In this document: positions 62,373-64,000 of the stretch, in pieces
How the letters are laid out: every line of letters begins with the position of its first letter
How positions within the stretch are numbered: position 1 is the first letter of the stretch
Assembly (NCBI RefSeq): GCF_964194025.1
Contig: NC_134480.1
Location: 8,618,001-8,682,000, forward strand
Direction: 5' to 3'
Origin: Convolutriloba macropyga
Lineage: Eukaryota
Length of the DNA: 64,000 nucleotides
Made by a program: the position numbers and the translations under genes
The notes under the pieces: generated by a model
What the model was told of the DNA's origin: nothing
Seen by the model: only the letters and a program-made list of their open reading frames with translations
The model's database searches: none

Positions 62373-64000
62373 TAGTTTACATAGACATATGTTGTGTTTC
62401 ATTAATGAGAAAAGTGATGTATGATTAATGTATTGTTCACTTGTTTTGTCACAACAACCAAACTTTTTTTTAGGTTTTGTGCGTTTTGTGCTCTTGTGGT
62501 TTTTAATGCTTTGCAAGCAATTTGTTGCATGGGTAGTCAGATAGTGCGCAATTTTGGCATCAAAAGTTCTTAAAGAGTAAAATTGCACCACTCTTCAACT
62601 TGAAGAGACCGGCACAAAACACTAAAAAATTTTGGATCTATTTTTTTCTGTTGTATTCCTGAGCCTTTTCGGTATGAAGTTTTTGCCTATTTGCTAATTC
62701 TTGAAATGCTTGTATCATGTCATACGCTAAGACCAACTATCTTGAATAGCAGTTTATTTTCTGATTTTTCCTGTAAACCGGTGACTAGTTTAGATAAAAA
62801 ATGGTTTGTTTTAGTTGGGTGCCAGATGTATTTGAGGCAAATATTTTGCTTTAATCTTTTTGGGCTTCTTGAACTTTATTGCAATTTTTCAGTGAATTTT
62901 CAACTTGTTGCTTTAGTTCTTGATTTTTCCATGATTCAAATTGCTCTTTTTTCGACAAAGGTTGTTGCTGAAACAAGGCCGATTGAGATATTGAACGTTA
63001 TAAAGCACAGATAGGTGAATGGTGACTGCTTCAGTTTAGCACGTACGGCGCGCTAGGTTTGAATGCCTCACTCGGACGTTTTGCAACGATAAAAATTCTT
63101 GTCGGCAACAGCTCCTTGTGCAATAATCTGTTCCACCTGTCATTCGTTAGCATTTTTTCCGACTTTAGTCGGTTTGTGTTTACAAAAAGCTAGAAGTTAA
63201 AAACTAAAAAAATGTTGAACAATTGCTGCAGATCATTATTGGTCAACAAAAGATCAATTTTTGCTCTAACGCTTCTTTAGAAATGGGAATATTTTTTACG
63301 TCCCAGGTCGAGGTTCTTGCGTTAATTTTTTGTAAGAAATGCGGTGAAGGCGGTGAATTTTGGAAGATTATGCTATATACAAAAATTCACCTTGTTATAC
63401 AAAAATTCACCATATCTCTTTTTCCAACATTTACTTAAATTCACAAGAAATATCAAATAAGTAAGCCGCAGTTGGCGCAGTGGAATAGGACGTTGAAAAC
63501 ATTCAGGAGGTAAGAGGTTCAAACCCTTGAATGGAAGTATCTTTTTTGGAAGAACACTGAGAACGCGCGGTGAAAATAAGTAATTCACCACATTCACCGC
63601 AAAAGTGTAAGCAATACGCGGTGAAAATTTTTTTTACAGCATTTCGCCGCATTGCATACAAAAATTTACCAAGAAAACTCGACTAATTCCCAAAAACATA
63701 TTTGAACGGCAACACAATTCTTTAAGCTGAAGTATAAGCGTCAAAAGCTGTGCAGATGAGAAAAACTTTTCAATGAATTAAAATTTTAGCTCACTAAATC
63801 TGGTGTTTTCTCTGTCAAATAATTATTCATAGATATAAAAAAAACAAAATAATTATATCTGATCGATATTTATGATTTATTAGTGCTTGTATTGTTCGTT
63901 TCTGATTTTCTTCATCATATGTATGTACTTCTTGAAAGATCTCTCACGAAGTCGAAATTTGATCCGCCTTTCTTTTCAACCCAACTTTCTGGACAACCTG

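Overview
AT-rich eukaryotic (animal-like) genomic DNA with spliceosomal introns; no prokaryotic operons or CRISPR. 1-17 kb: two convergent BEL/Pao LTR-retrotransposon bodies separated by a 480-N gap. The + copy is heavily decayed and preceded by a near-perfect 1362-bp tandem duplication. The - copy is almost intact, with 5 in-frame TAA/TAG stops and one 10-nt insertion. 17.4-32 kb: a short-motif/minisatellite composite, then a diverged array of 0.8-1.3 kb units. A complete, young Ty3/gypsy element (24149-31448, - strand, AATTT target-site duplication, tRNA-Ser PBS, PPT) sits inside that array. This element has two oddities: its gag ATG is formed by the LTR/PBS junction, and about 430 aa containing six 34-aa repeats separate RNase H from integrase. 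37.8-61.2 kb: one multi-exon Patched-domain (PTCHD3/PTR-like, RND/sterol-sensing) gene on +. Its TM4 GxxxDD motif reads GVGIDG, and the junction after exon 4 is unresolved. Its introns hold MITEs with GG termini and 8-bp TSDs, Helentron-like non-autonomous elements, a LINE RT remnant, foldback repeats and microsatellites. All calls come from reading the sequence; no searches were run.
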